Source: a virus. From it: a stretch of 64,000 bases of DNA. A program made the translations under genes and the position numbers. The stretch lies in IMG/VR virus record IMGVR_UViG_3300037557_000128, positions 15,349 to 79,348 of that record; one strand, 5' to 3'. Positions 47,178 through 57,000 of this stretch are shown here, one piece after another. The notes below the pieces were generated by a model. It saw only the letters and a list, made by a program, of their open reading frames with translations. It did not search any database and was not told the DNA's origin. Each line of letters opens with the position of its first letter. Positions within the stretch are counted from its first letter, which is position 1.

Positions 47178-47195
47178 ATTACTATTTAGTCCAAA

Positions 47196-47912
47196 TTATG
47201 TTTGATACTGTGCCGAAGGAACAGATTGGTGAATTTGTTTTACAGTAGGTGTTCCATCGTTCACATAAACTTTATCCAACTTCCTTAAAGTTCCACCATC
47301 ATTCACGAATACCCCTTTAACTTTTGCAAGAGGCCCAATAGTTCTAGTTGTTGGATAAGTTACCTGATATGCATACGGTTGTTGGAATGTGTACTGTGTC
47401 GTATAGGGAACCTGATAAATGTTTGGTTGTCTTGCTTGTGCGATATAAGGTTGTTGTCCACTTACAGGACTTCTATAAGTTGCAGGCTGTCTGTTTTGAT
47501 ATGTAAACGGAGTCTGACTATTTACAGGACTTCTATAAGTTCCAGGCTGTCTTGACTGATATGTTCCAGGCTGTCTTGCCTGTGCAATATATGGATACGT
47601 TACTTGCCCTTGTCTAGAATATGTAAATGGTAATCGTCCCTGTCTTACATATATGCCTGGCTGTCTCGCTTGACCAATAGACGGTTGTTGTCCAGCTACA
47701 GGACTTCTATAAGTTCCAGGCTGCCTTGCTTGTGCGATATAAGGTGTCTGACTATTTACAGGACTTCTATAAGTTCCAGGCTGTCTCGCATTACCAATAG
47801 ACGGTTGTTGACCACTTACAGGGTTTCTGTAAGTGTTAGGTTGTCTCGCATTACCAATAGAAGGTTGCTGTCCAATTGCAGGGTATGGATATGGTTGTTG
47901 TCCTATAGGCAT
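47196..47912 (-). CDS. Repeat protein 'D' with C-terminal VxVND domain (partner of 48666-49628)
   Basis: Repeats aa 7-187; C-terminus KVKGVFVNDGGTLRKLDKVYVNDG; own late promoter at 47958-47965. Confidence 0.85.
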   Translation of the reverse strand: MPIGQQPYPYPAIGQQPSIGNARQPNTYRNPVSGQQPSIGNARQPGTYRSPVNSQTPYIAQARQPGTYRSPVAGQQPSIGQARQPGIYVRQGRLPFTYSRQGQVTYPYIAQARQPGTYQSRQPGTYRSPVNSQTPFTYQNRQPATYRSPVSGQQPYIAQARQPNIYQVPYTTQYTFQQPYAYQVTYPTTRTIGPLAKVKGVFVNDGGTLRKLDKVYVNDGTPTVKQIHQSVPSAQYQT

Positions 47913-48664
47913 TACGCTACCCCCAAATAGTCTACTTGTTTTGCTTGTTTGACTTCATATTTATAGTTATTACTCCAATTATTTGGGTGCGACTCTTTTA
48001 AACTCTTAATATGATTTTTCGGGAATACATAACATACGTCCATGTTCCAAGCTATAATACTTTTACGTTCATTCGTTTCCATTTTAGGGGCACGGTGTAA
48101 TAACCAAGAAGGGAATATAAGCATATCTCCTTCCTCAGCTTTAGGTTGTATAATTTCTTGCGTTTCAGGATTCAAAAATTCTGTAATATACTTTTGATTT
48201 GGTACTTCTATAAAATATACTGCTGACCATTGACACCATTGATGATTATCCCAACTGATATAATCTGATTGAAACATTTGGTGATACCACATATGCATAA
48301 TATTAAATTTATATTCTAAACCAGTAATTTCTGGCTGTATATGAAACCTTGCGTGGTCATGAAATTTATTCTCTACAGCATCTAAGAACATTTTCTTATA
48401 TTCTATATGAGGATACCCCTTTACATTCATATCCCATTCATCAATATCTCCACTACCACCAGTATAATCATTAATTGAGTCTTGGTATTGCCAACCTGTT
48501 GGTAAGATAGGGGAAGAAGGGTGGTTATGCCCATCAAATTTAGTAATTCCTAAATTATAATCTTGATTACCAATTTGAGTAGGTAAAGCGTCAAAGAAAT
48601 CTAAAAGACTCTTATTAAGTTCTTTATGATTATCAATCGTATATTTGTATATTAAATTATTCAT
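47912..48664 (-). CDS. Putative 2OG-Fe(II) oxygenase (TIGR02466-like)
   Basis: MWYHQM...WDNH...WSAVYFI...EEGDMLIFPSWLLHRAP...RKSIIAWN. Confidence 0.8.
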   Translation of the reverse strand: MNNLIYKYTIDNHKELNKSLLDFFDALPTQIGNQDYNLGITKFDGHNHPSSPILPTGWQYQDSINDYTGGSGDIDEWDMNVKGYPHIEYKKMFLDAVENKFHDHARFHIQPEITGLEYKFNIMHMWYHQMFQSDYISWDNHQWCQWSAVYFIEVPNQKYITEFLNPETQEIIQPKAEEGDMLIFPSWLLHRAPKMETNERKSIIAWNMDVCYVFPKNHIKSLKESHPNNWSNNYKYEVKQAKQVDYLGVA

Positions 48665-48665
48665 G

Positions 48666-49628
48666 TTAACCTAGTAAAGCAAAGTACAAAGATGCACCAT
48701 TACTATTCGGAATATAAATCGGGCTGCCTACAATGGCACCTTGAGATGCCCCAGTATGATGAATACCGCCAGTAACAGTAAAATCTGTGGTTCTTGTTAA
48801 TGTAGTATAATTTGAAGAACTTGACCCGATCCGACAAGTTGTCCAGTTAGTGTTAAGACTACTCCAAGATAATTTTAATCCACCACCGTCACGATGAGAA
48901 TAAACAGTTAAACCATCTCCATCTAGACTCAAAGCTGGAGACATATTTGTTGCTTGAAAATAAACACTAATCTTTCCGCCAGGTTCATATCTAGTAACAT
49001 CTCCATTCGAAGTGAATGTGTAAATGTAAGGTTGTGTCCCTGTTGCTTGATAGGTAAATGGCGACCTGTGATTATATGTAAATGGAGTCTGACTATTTAC
49101 AGGACTTCTATAAGTGAACGGAGTCCTGTGATTATATGTAAATGGAGTCTGACTATTTACAGGATTTCTATAAGTTCCAGGCTGTCTTGCCTGATAGTTA
49201 AACGGAGTCTGACTATTTACAGGATTTCTATAAGTGAACGGAGTCCTGTGTTGATAGGTAAATGGAGTCTGACTATTCGCATTGTAAGGATACGGTTGTT
49301 GGTCGCTAGCAGCATACGGATACGTTGCTTGAGCTTGTCGTGCATATGTAAATGGAGTCTGACTATTAGCAATATATGGAGACTGACTGTTTACAGGATT
49401 TCTGTAAGTGTTAGGTTGTCTTGCGTTTGCGATATAAGGTGTCTGACTATTTACAGGATTTCTATAAGTGAACGGTGACCTGTGAGCGTAAGTGAACGGA
49501 GACTGCTGACTTGCATTTCCTTGTGCATCATATTGTGCAGTAATAGGAGCAGTTCCAATCGCAGGTTGTCTCGCAATATACTGTTGTTGAAAACTAGTAC
49601 CAGTGTTTATAAATATTTCTTTAGACAT
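48666..49628 (-). CDS. Repeat protein 'C' with ~115-aa globular C-terminal domain
   Basis: Repeats aa 22-200 (TYRNPVNSQTP etc.); non-repetitive C-terminus. Confidence 0.85.
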   Translation of the reverse strand: MSKEIFINTGTSFQQQYIARQPAIGTAPITAQYDAQGNASQQSPFTYAHRSPFTYRNPVNSQTPYIANARQPNTYRNPVNSQSPYIANSQTPFTYARQAQATYPYAASDQQPYPYNANSQTPFTYQHRTPFTYRNPVNSQTPFNYQARQPGTYRNPVNSQTPFTYNHRTPFTYRSPVNSQTPFTYNHRSPFTYQATGTQPYIYTFTSNGDVTRYEPGGKISVYFQATNMSPALSLDGDGLTVYSHRDGGGLKLSWSSLNTNWTTCRIGSSSSNYTTLTRTTDFTVTGGIHHTGASQGAIVGSPIYIPNSNGASLYFALLG

Positions 49629-49637
49629 AACATAATC

Positions 49638-50873
49638 TTATATGACGAACCATAAGTGTCCTGTCGCAGTACTACCAACACCGCCTGGTGCTGAATTTAC
49701 AGTTTCGTAATCGAGTTCAATTTTTCCACTGTCAATAGTTAGTCCGTTTGCATGGTCTGTTTTTATTACTCCACTAGAACTGTTATAATCTATACCGTCT
49801 CCACCTGACAATGCGCCTCTAGCATCTGCTTGTGTAAATGTTGCAGCTGGGTTTGAGTTTGTCCATGAACCGCCTCCTACAGTAGTCCAAGATAATACTT
49901 GTCCCGAAGAGGGTGTTGCACTTGCACTTACGTTTGCTAAATTCTGAAGACTGTGTCCAGTTATAGCTGCAGTTGTCGAAGAAGTTGTCGCATTACCTGT
50001 TAAGGCACCAACGAATGTTGTTGAGGTTACACTGGTCAGACCTGTAAAAGTTGTCGCAGTAGCACCCAAAGCAACTGTAGTTGAACCTATAGTAACGTCA
50101 TCGTTTGCTAATCCGCTGTTTGGTATATTTTGAAAAGTGTTATTCGAACCACTCAGTGTTTTATTGGTCACTGTTTGAGTAGAGTTTAAGTAAACACCAT
50201 TTGTTACCGTGTCTGCATTACCGTTTAAGTCTCCAACAAATCGTCCACTTCCACTTGTAGTGACACTCTTATTGTTTGCAAATAACATATCACCTTCTGA
50301 GTATGTCTTACCTGCAAGTTGAATAGTGTATCCACTTTGTAGTTCTACTGTTTGGTTGGGAGAACCATCTCCATTTAAAATAATACCTGCATCATTAAGG
50401 TTATAAATTGTTTCAGCAGCTGTTTCTGTCCAGTGTCCACCACCACCAGCAGTACCATCAGAAGTCCCTAAGTATGAACCAGTAAATGCATAGACAATAA
50501 CAATATCACCTGCACTCGCAGCTGCAGTCAAAACCATATTTGTATAATTTCCTGCAGTATCAGCACCAGTAATGTTAAAGTTTGTTCCTTCTATTAAATG
50601 AACACCATTTTTAAATACTTGAAGTCTATCTTTTCTTAATTTAAGGTGGTTTCCTGCACTATCAGCACCAGTAAATGTTGTTTGAGCTGCAGTTGCAGTA
50701 TAAACAAACTCTTGAAAGAAGAATGCTTTATCTTCTAAACTATTAAGTGCATCAATTACTGTTGCAGTATTAGTTGTTCGTAGGCCAGTCTTGTCCCCTA
50801 CATCTATTGCAAGTTCGTTGTACTTCTTTCTGAAGTCTTCTATTGTACTGAATTGGTCTACTGTTTTAGCCAT
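49638..50873 (-). CDS. Fibre/whisker protein
   Basis: STIEDFRKKYNEL N-terminus, VFKNGVHL domain, TVTNKTL, C-terminal NSAPGGVGSTATGHLWFVI. Confidence 0.75.
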   Translation of the reverse strand: MAKTVDQFSTIEDFRKKYNELAIDVGDKTGLRTTNTATVIDALNSLEDKAFFFQEFVYTATAAQTTFTGADSAGNHLKLRKDRLQVFKNGVHLIEGTNFNITGADTAGNYTNMVLTAAASAGDIVIVYAFTGSYLGTSDGTAGGGGHWTETAAETIYNLNDAGIILNGDGSPNQTVELQSGYTIQLAGKTYSEGDMLFANNKSVTTSGSGRFVGDLNGNADTVTNGVYLNSTQTVTNKTLSGSNNTFQNIPNSGLANDDVTIGSTTVALGATATTFTGLTSVTSTTFVGALTGNATTSSTTAAITGHSLQNLANVSASATPSSGQVLSWTTVGGGSWTNSNPAATFTQADARGALSGGDGIDYNSSSGVIKTDHANGLTIDSGKIELDYETVNSAPGGVGSTATGHLWFVI

Positions 50874-51090
50874 TTACCTTCTCTATTAATGTATGTAATA
50901 AATTTTTAATTTCACTTACTTCATCCTTTAATGTATTTATCTCGTTCTTCTGAACCTTAAATGTTTCTCTTCTTCTTTTATGTAGTTCATAAGAACTCAT
51001 ATCGTTACTTACTATTGCAGTTGAACTCTCATCTCTAAGTAAATTTGAGTGTCCCTCTACTTGAATATACCGAGTCTTAACTGTTGCCAT
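50866..51090 (-). CDS. Conserved small coiled-coil protein
   Basis: VEGHSNLLRDESSTAIVSND...EINTLKDEVSEIKNLL; start MATVKT. Confidence 0.75.
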   Translation of the reverse strand: MATVKTRYIQVEGHSNLLRDESSTAIVSNDMSSYELHKRRRETFKVQKNEINTLKDEVSEIKNLLHTLIEKVNG

Positions 51091-54000
51091 TATGCAATCG
51101 CAATACACCTAAGTGCAGATACCATTGGTACTACTGATGTATTTGTTCCTTGTCCTACTATTTTAATTGAGAATGCACTGAACTCGTTTAAGTCGTCTGT
51201 AGTGAACTCATATTCTTTAAAGTTTCTCGCATCTGCTTCTGTTGTTGTATCAGGAGCACCTGTAGTGTTGAAATACTTCCAACCCAAATCATCAAACGGT
51301 GTTTCGTCATCATTATTAAGAACTTTATATAAAACTTTTAATTCTGTTGTTGGTGGTCTAAAGAAGTCTGCTGTTACTCTCAGTCCTTGTGCAGGAGTCT
51401 TTAAAGACACTTTTCTAGTGATGTATGTCATAACATTACTATCACCGTCAGGTTGCGTAGAATCGATATATGTGGTTCCTGTAGGTACATCTGAAGAACT
51501 ATCAATATTATTGATTCTGTTCATAATACCTAAACCACCAATTGTTGCAACATCTATAACAGGTGATATATTAGGATTATTGGAATATAATTGCAGTCCA
51601 ACTTCAAATGATTTAACACCACTCATGTTGTTCGTTTCATTAATTGGTGATGCAATCACACTTGGGTGCGAGAACCATGAGTTATCATTTAACGTAATGG
51701 GTTTTGATGTAGTGCCTTTAGTGTAAACTGTTCCACTTATAGAACCTTCAGGTGAATACATTGGAGTAGTTTTAACTGTTGCACTTATCTTAGTTCCTTG
51801 TGCAGAAATATTAGGTATCATTGTGTGTAGTGTATCAAAGTAAAAATCTCTTGTTGCTGTAACACCACCAACAACTATTTGTTGATTGTAAGTGGCACTG
51901 TCAGAATCATCATCTTTAGCCCATTCCCTTTCTCCACCACCTACTGTTGATGCAGTTGCAGTGTAACCAGTTTTAAAGTTGTATGCAGACAATGAAGGAG
52001 TTACGCAGAATGTATCTATTCCGATATTCTTCAATGCATTGAATGATGCGTTTATAGCGTCAACTGGCATTCCACCTAGTGTATCACCAACTGAATTTAT
52101 TGCAACAGCTAAATCACAAGCACCATTATAGTTTGTACATACTGCGTTGTTATCAGTTGTTTTGTATCCTGAGCCAGGATTTGTGATTTTTGTTACAATA
52201 GATGAACCTGAACTTGATACTACAATTTCAACCGTCATACCCGAACCTGATCCACCTGTAACTGCAGGAGTATATGTTCCGTCTGCAGGAGTTCCGCCAC
52301 TGTTTGTTGCAGTTATTGTTAATACTGAACCTGTAGTGTCCCCTTTTACATTTGCAATTGTAGTGCTTGAACTAGTGTGATACATACCGTGTGAGTAAGC
52401 ATAAACTTTAACATAGTCTTGACCTGAGAATGTTTGTATTGGATTATCTTGTATTATCTGAGTAGGTATGGCCGCATTGTCAAAAGAGACATAAGGAATC
52501 TTAGTTGTATCAAATACACATCGTTTCAAATGGAATTTTAAGTCGTCTGTTTGTTCTGCAGTCCATGTACTGTTATTTTGTGATTTAAACAATGAACCTG
52601 CGTATGGTTGTTCTGCGATTGTTTGTCCTGTTGCAAGGTCTTTCTCACCCATTCTTGATACAAAACAGTTGTACGAATCTGAGTTAGTGTAAACTACGAA
52701 ACAATACTCGACCCCATCGTCCAAGTATACAGGTGATTCGAAAGTAAATGTTGTTGCAGTTGAACCATCTGTTGAAGTGTTGACATCAGCAGGATTCTTT
52801 GTTATAGTAGAGAATGGTACTACTACATTTGCAGGATAACCATTATGCATTGTTCTGATTTCTACAGAAACAGGCAAGGTGTCATCTTTAGTTTGGAAGT
52901 ATAAGTCTACTGAAGACATAAACATACCACCAGTTGAATCTATTAAGAATGATTGTGCAAGTGGGTCTCTCCAACCTCTCATTTCTCTGAAATCCATCCA
53001 TCTATCAGGTTCCCATAAATCCATTTCATCAAGAGCTCTGCCTGGGCCACTAGGTGGGGCAGGCGGGAACCCACCACCTGTAACTGGATCAGGTTCCGTT
53101 GTATCAACTGGAATTGGTGGTGCATCTTCGTCTACTGGGTTTACGTTTATTGATTCCCCTCTTGAAATTATGTCTCTTTGTTCATTCATTTGTTCGTAAA
53201 CAACTCTACCATTTCTTGTAGAAGTAATTTCGGTTTGAGACGATTGCAATAGTCCTTGTGCTTGATAAACTTCAGCACAAGCAGATGCAGGGTTAGGTAA
53301 GTTATAAAAACTTGAAGTTACTCTCATTTCTCTCATACCAGTTGCAAAGCTTTGCGTAGGATTATTAGGTAATTCAAAGTATGCTCTTATTCTACCTGCT
53401 CCATCTGTTTTACAATGTGAACCAACTGAGGTTCCATTGTCTTGTGAATATGTTGTACTGAAAGGTCTAACATATGCATTTACATCTATACTATCAAAGA
53501 AGAAGTAATGGTTTGTGTTTGGTTTTAAGTTTTCACCGTCAAGTGTAATTGTTCTTGCTCTACAGAAAGGAATAAGAGTAACACTTACTATTCTATCCCC
53601 TCTAGTTTCAACAAAGTCCTCTACGACACTTGTTGTTACACCTGTTCTTGTTTGTGTTTCTACAGTTTCAGTAATCTCTCTAGTTACTTCTTCACCTGCT
53701 TGCCACTCACCACCTTGTGTTGGGTCTCCTGACCAAGAACCATTTGAAGTTGACTGAACTTCAGTTGATACTACAGTAGGTTCTCCGACCCATGTTGTTT
53801 GCCATGCGTTCCAAACTGTTCCTAATGAATTTTCTACTGTAGACTTAATTGCATCAAAGTTACCTTCTCTGTTAATTCTTACTTCAGGAAGTTGTGTAGT
53901 GTCATGCCATATATCTGTTGCAGGCGATAACTTAAGTGAACCCATGAATGAGAATACACTATAAGGGTTAACATTACTTATTCTAGAAGCTTTATCTGCG

Positions 54001-57000
54001 TGTACAAAGGTTGATTCTGTATATGGTAGTGTAATTAAATCACCAGTCTTCTGATAACTGGTAGAAGAAGAAGTGTTTAACTCAATGTCAAAGAATGATT
54101 GATAAGATTGTGGTCTCATTGCACCCGCTTTAACATCTATCGCACATTCGTAATCAGGGTGGGTTACATCACCAACCCTATGTCCTCTGAAGTTATCCAC
54201 TAGGAAACCTGATTTAAATCTATCAAATCCGTCTCCATCTAAAATCTGTTTTGTTTGAGTGTCTCTTTCTAGTAAAGATAGAGAAGTAACTCTTTCTAGG
54301 TTAGTAACCCTGTTATTAATTCTACCAATATCACTCATGGTAAATCTACGGTGGTCTTTAGACCTAATTCTTATGTTCTTTAAATTCTTTGTGAAAGGTG
54401 GAATGTAAAGGTCAAACATTTCAATACTGTCATCGACTGATTTTGGTTTAGTTGGTGATAATGCAGGTGTTCCTTCCGATATTTGGAACTTACCTGATTT
54501 ATGTAAGAACACTTTATCATATCTACCAACGTAGAATGATATATCACCCACCACACTTGACCCTGATACTGGCATATCGTTTGTGTTTGTATTAGTCTCA
54601 GCAATACCTGTTCTTGCACCTAAGAAACTTCTACCTGTAGTATACCCGAATGGTGAGTAAACAGCACCGTTAGTGCTATGTGATAGGTCTACTGGGTTTG
54701 TTACGTCTTGTGCGTTGTTAGAACCAAAAGTAGTTGTTCCAATAATTTGTCCTACAACTGGTCTAAAGTCAACACAATCTGAAAGTTCAAATGTTCCATC
54801 AGGTTCTAAACCACCTAAGTCCACTCTACTTGGTGAATATACTGGTATATCTTTATATTCTATCGCATTATATGAAGATACATCAAAGTAATCTCCTGCA
54901 CCTGAAGGTGTGAAATAATCAAATACTATTAGAATTTTATTATTTGGTTTTGGAGCTCCAGTCTTTAATGTTAATTTCCCAATGTCATAGTATCCGTCTC
55001 TTTGACCATTGTCAAAGAAGTATCTTGACATAATATTTTGTCCACCTGCAGTTACATTACTTAATGTTGCAATTGCATTTGAAGTCTGACCAACCACATT
55101 TTCAGTATTTACTAATGTTCCTGAGATATAGTAGAAGTATGTTGTTCCACCAGTTGCAATAATAATTGCGTGTGCGTTAGAAGTTTGACCTATAACAGTT
55201 TCATAGTTTACAAAAGAACCTGAAGAAACTGTAAATGTTGCACTTGGTGGTAATGGTGTAGTTGCACCACCTGTTGCTTCATAAATTCCTCGAATCTTAT
55301 GTACGTCTGCAACACCTAGTGATATTTCTTCATCGTCATATGCAGTTCCGTAGTATCCATTGGCAACCCTATTACTTTCTACTCCAAGACATCTTGCACT
55401 TCTTAATGTCTTACTTCTTGAAACTGGGTCTACAACATTTGCAGTATATGTAATCTTAAGAACTGCATCATTATTGTTTACGTTTATATTACTAACTGCT
55501 AATGTTTGACCTGAACCACCACCTGAACCACTTACGTTTGTGGTCATATCTTCTATGTTTAGAAGGTCTCCTTTAGAGAAACTTCCACCAGCTTTCTCTT
55601 CTGCAACTGCGATTGTAAAGTTATCAGTATTTAAAGCAGCAAAAGTTCCGTTACTAATTGAAATTGAGAAAGCACCTGAACCAATCTCTACAGTTGTTTG
55701 TCTTCTTATTTGTATTGATTCACCATTGTGGGTTTTAACCCAATCTCTTGGCCATGATGCAATTGCAGCTGTTTGGTCTTGATTGAATACTCTTACCCTT
55801 CTTCGTGTACAATTTGCGTTGGTAAGGTTATTACCAGTTCCACCAATAGTAGCGGCTATATCACTTGTTATTGATGCAACCACTCTTTCAACAGGCGGAA
55901 CTGCCCCATCCATAATGATGTCGCCTTCTTTAAGTTGTGTAGTAAATTTTGTTCCGAAACCTGTAAGAGCAGTATTACCAGTAATAGTACAACTACCTGT
56001 TAGTGTATTGTCTTGGTCTGCATAAATGTCTGCAGTAAAGATTTCTCTTGCACCATTAAGAGGTGTTTGTGTAACTGACCTTGCACGGTCAATATTATAT
56101 GTTCTAACTGCAGTAACGTTTGCGATTACAGCAGTATCGTTTTTTCCGACTGCTGATATAGCATCTGCAGCTGTAAATGTTCCTACAACGTCATGAACTA
56201 ATATAGATGCAGCTCCAGCGGAAGCTGCAACTGCGACTATCCCTGTTGCACCTGAAATAGAACCTACAACCTTATCACCTACAGCAAAAGCTGCAGTTGC
56301 AGTTGTACCTGTAATCTTTGTAAACATCTTAATATCGAAAAGGTACAGTTGGTGTCTAGATGCATCAGTATAAATTCCTGAAGAAGATGTACCAGTATCT
56401 AAATCGATATTTCTTACTCTTGCAAGTCCAATCTGACCTGAAGTAGGTTTAGTTCCACCTACAGGACTGGTCACTGGAATTGTAGAATCCCATATCTCTA
56501 TTGGTTTAAATGGTTCAGTACTATCTTCTCCACCCTCATTTCCAAACTCAGGAAGTGAGTGTGCATTTTTAATCTTAATGTAATTACCTATTCTAACAGG
56601 AGTATTTGCGTTGTCTAAGCTTGTTGCATCTCTTGCTTTCTTAAATGCAATTGTTGATGTTCCAACTTTATCAATCTCATATCCTTTAACATATGCTTTA
56701 CCTGGCGACACTTGCATAACAAATCTATCTTCAGTTCCACCATTTACTTTAGTGTAGAAACCTCTGTTTGTAGTGTCGTCTAAGTGTTCTCTTAAACTAT
56801 GCGTGAATTGTTGTGTAACGAAATCACCACTCGCATCGAATGTTCTTCGTGCCATTGTGTTTTCGATTGCACCGTAAATTGGTTTGTTGATTGCGATTTC
56901 AATAATACCTTTATTGACTCGAATCAATTCAACGAAATCTGTATCGTCTGTAGTAGTAAGTGAGTACTTACTTAATGCTAACTCTATTTTTAATCTATCT

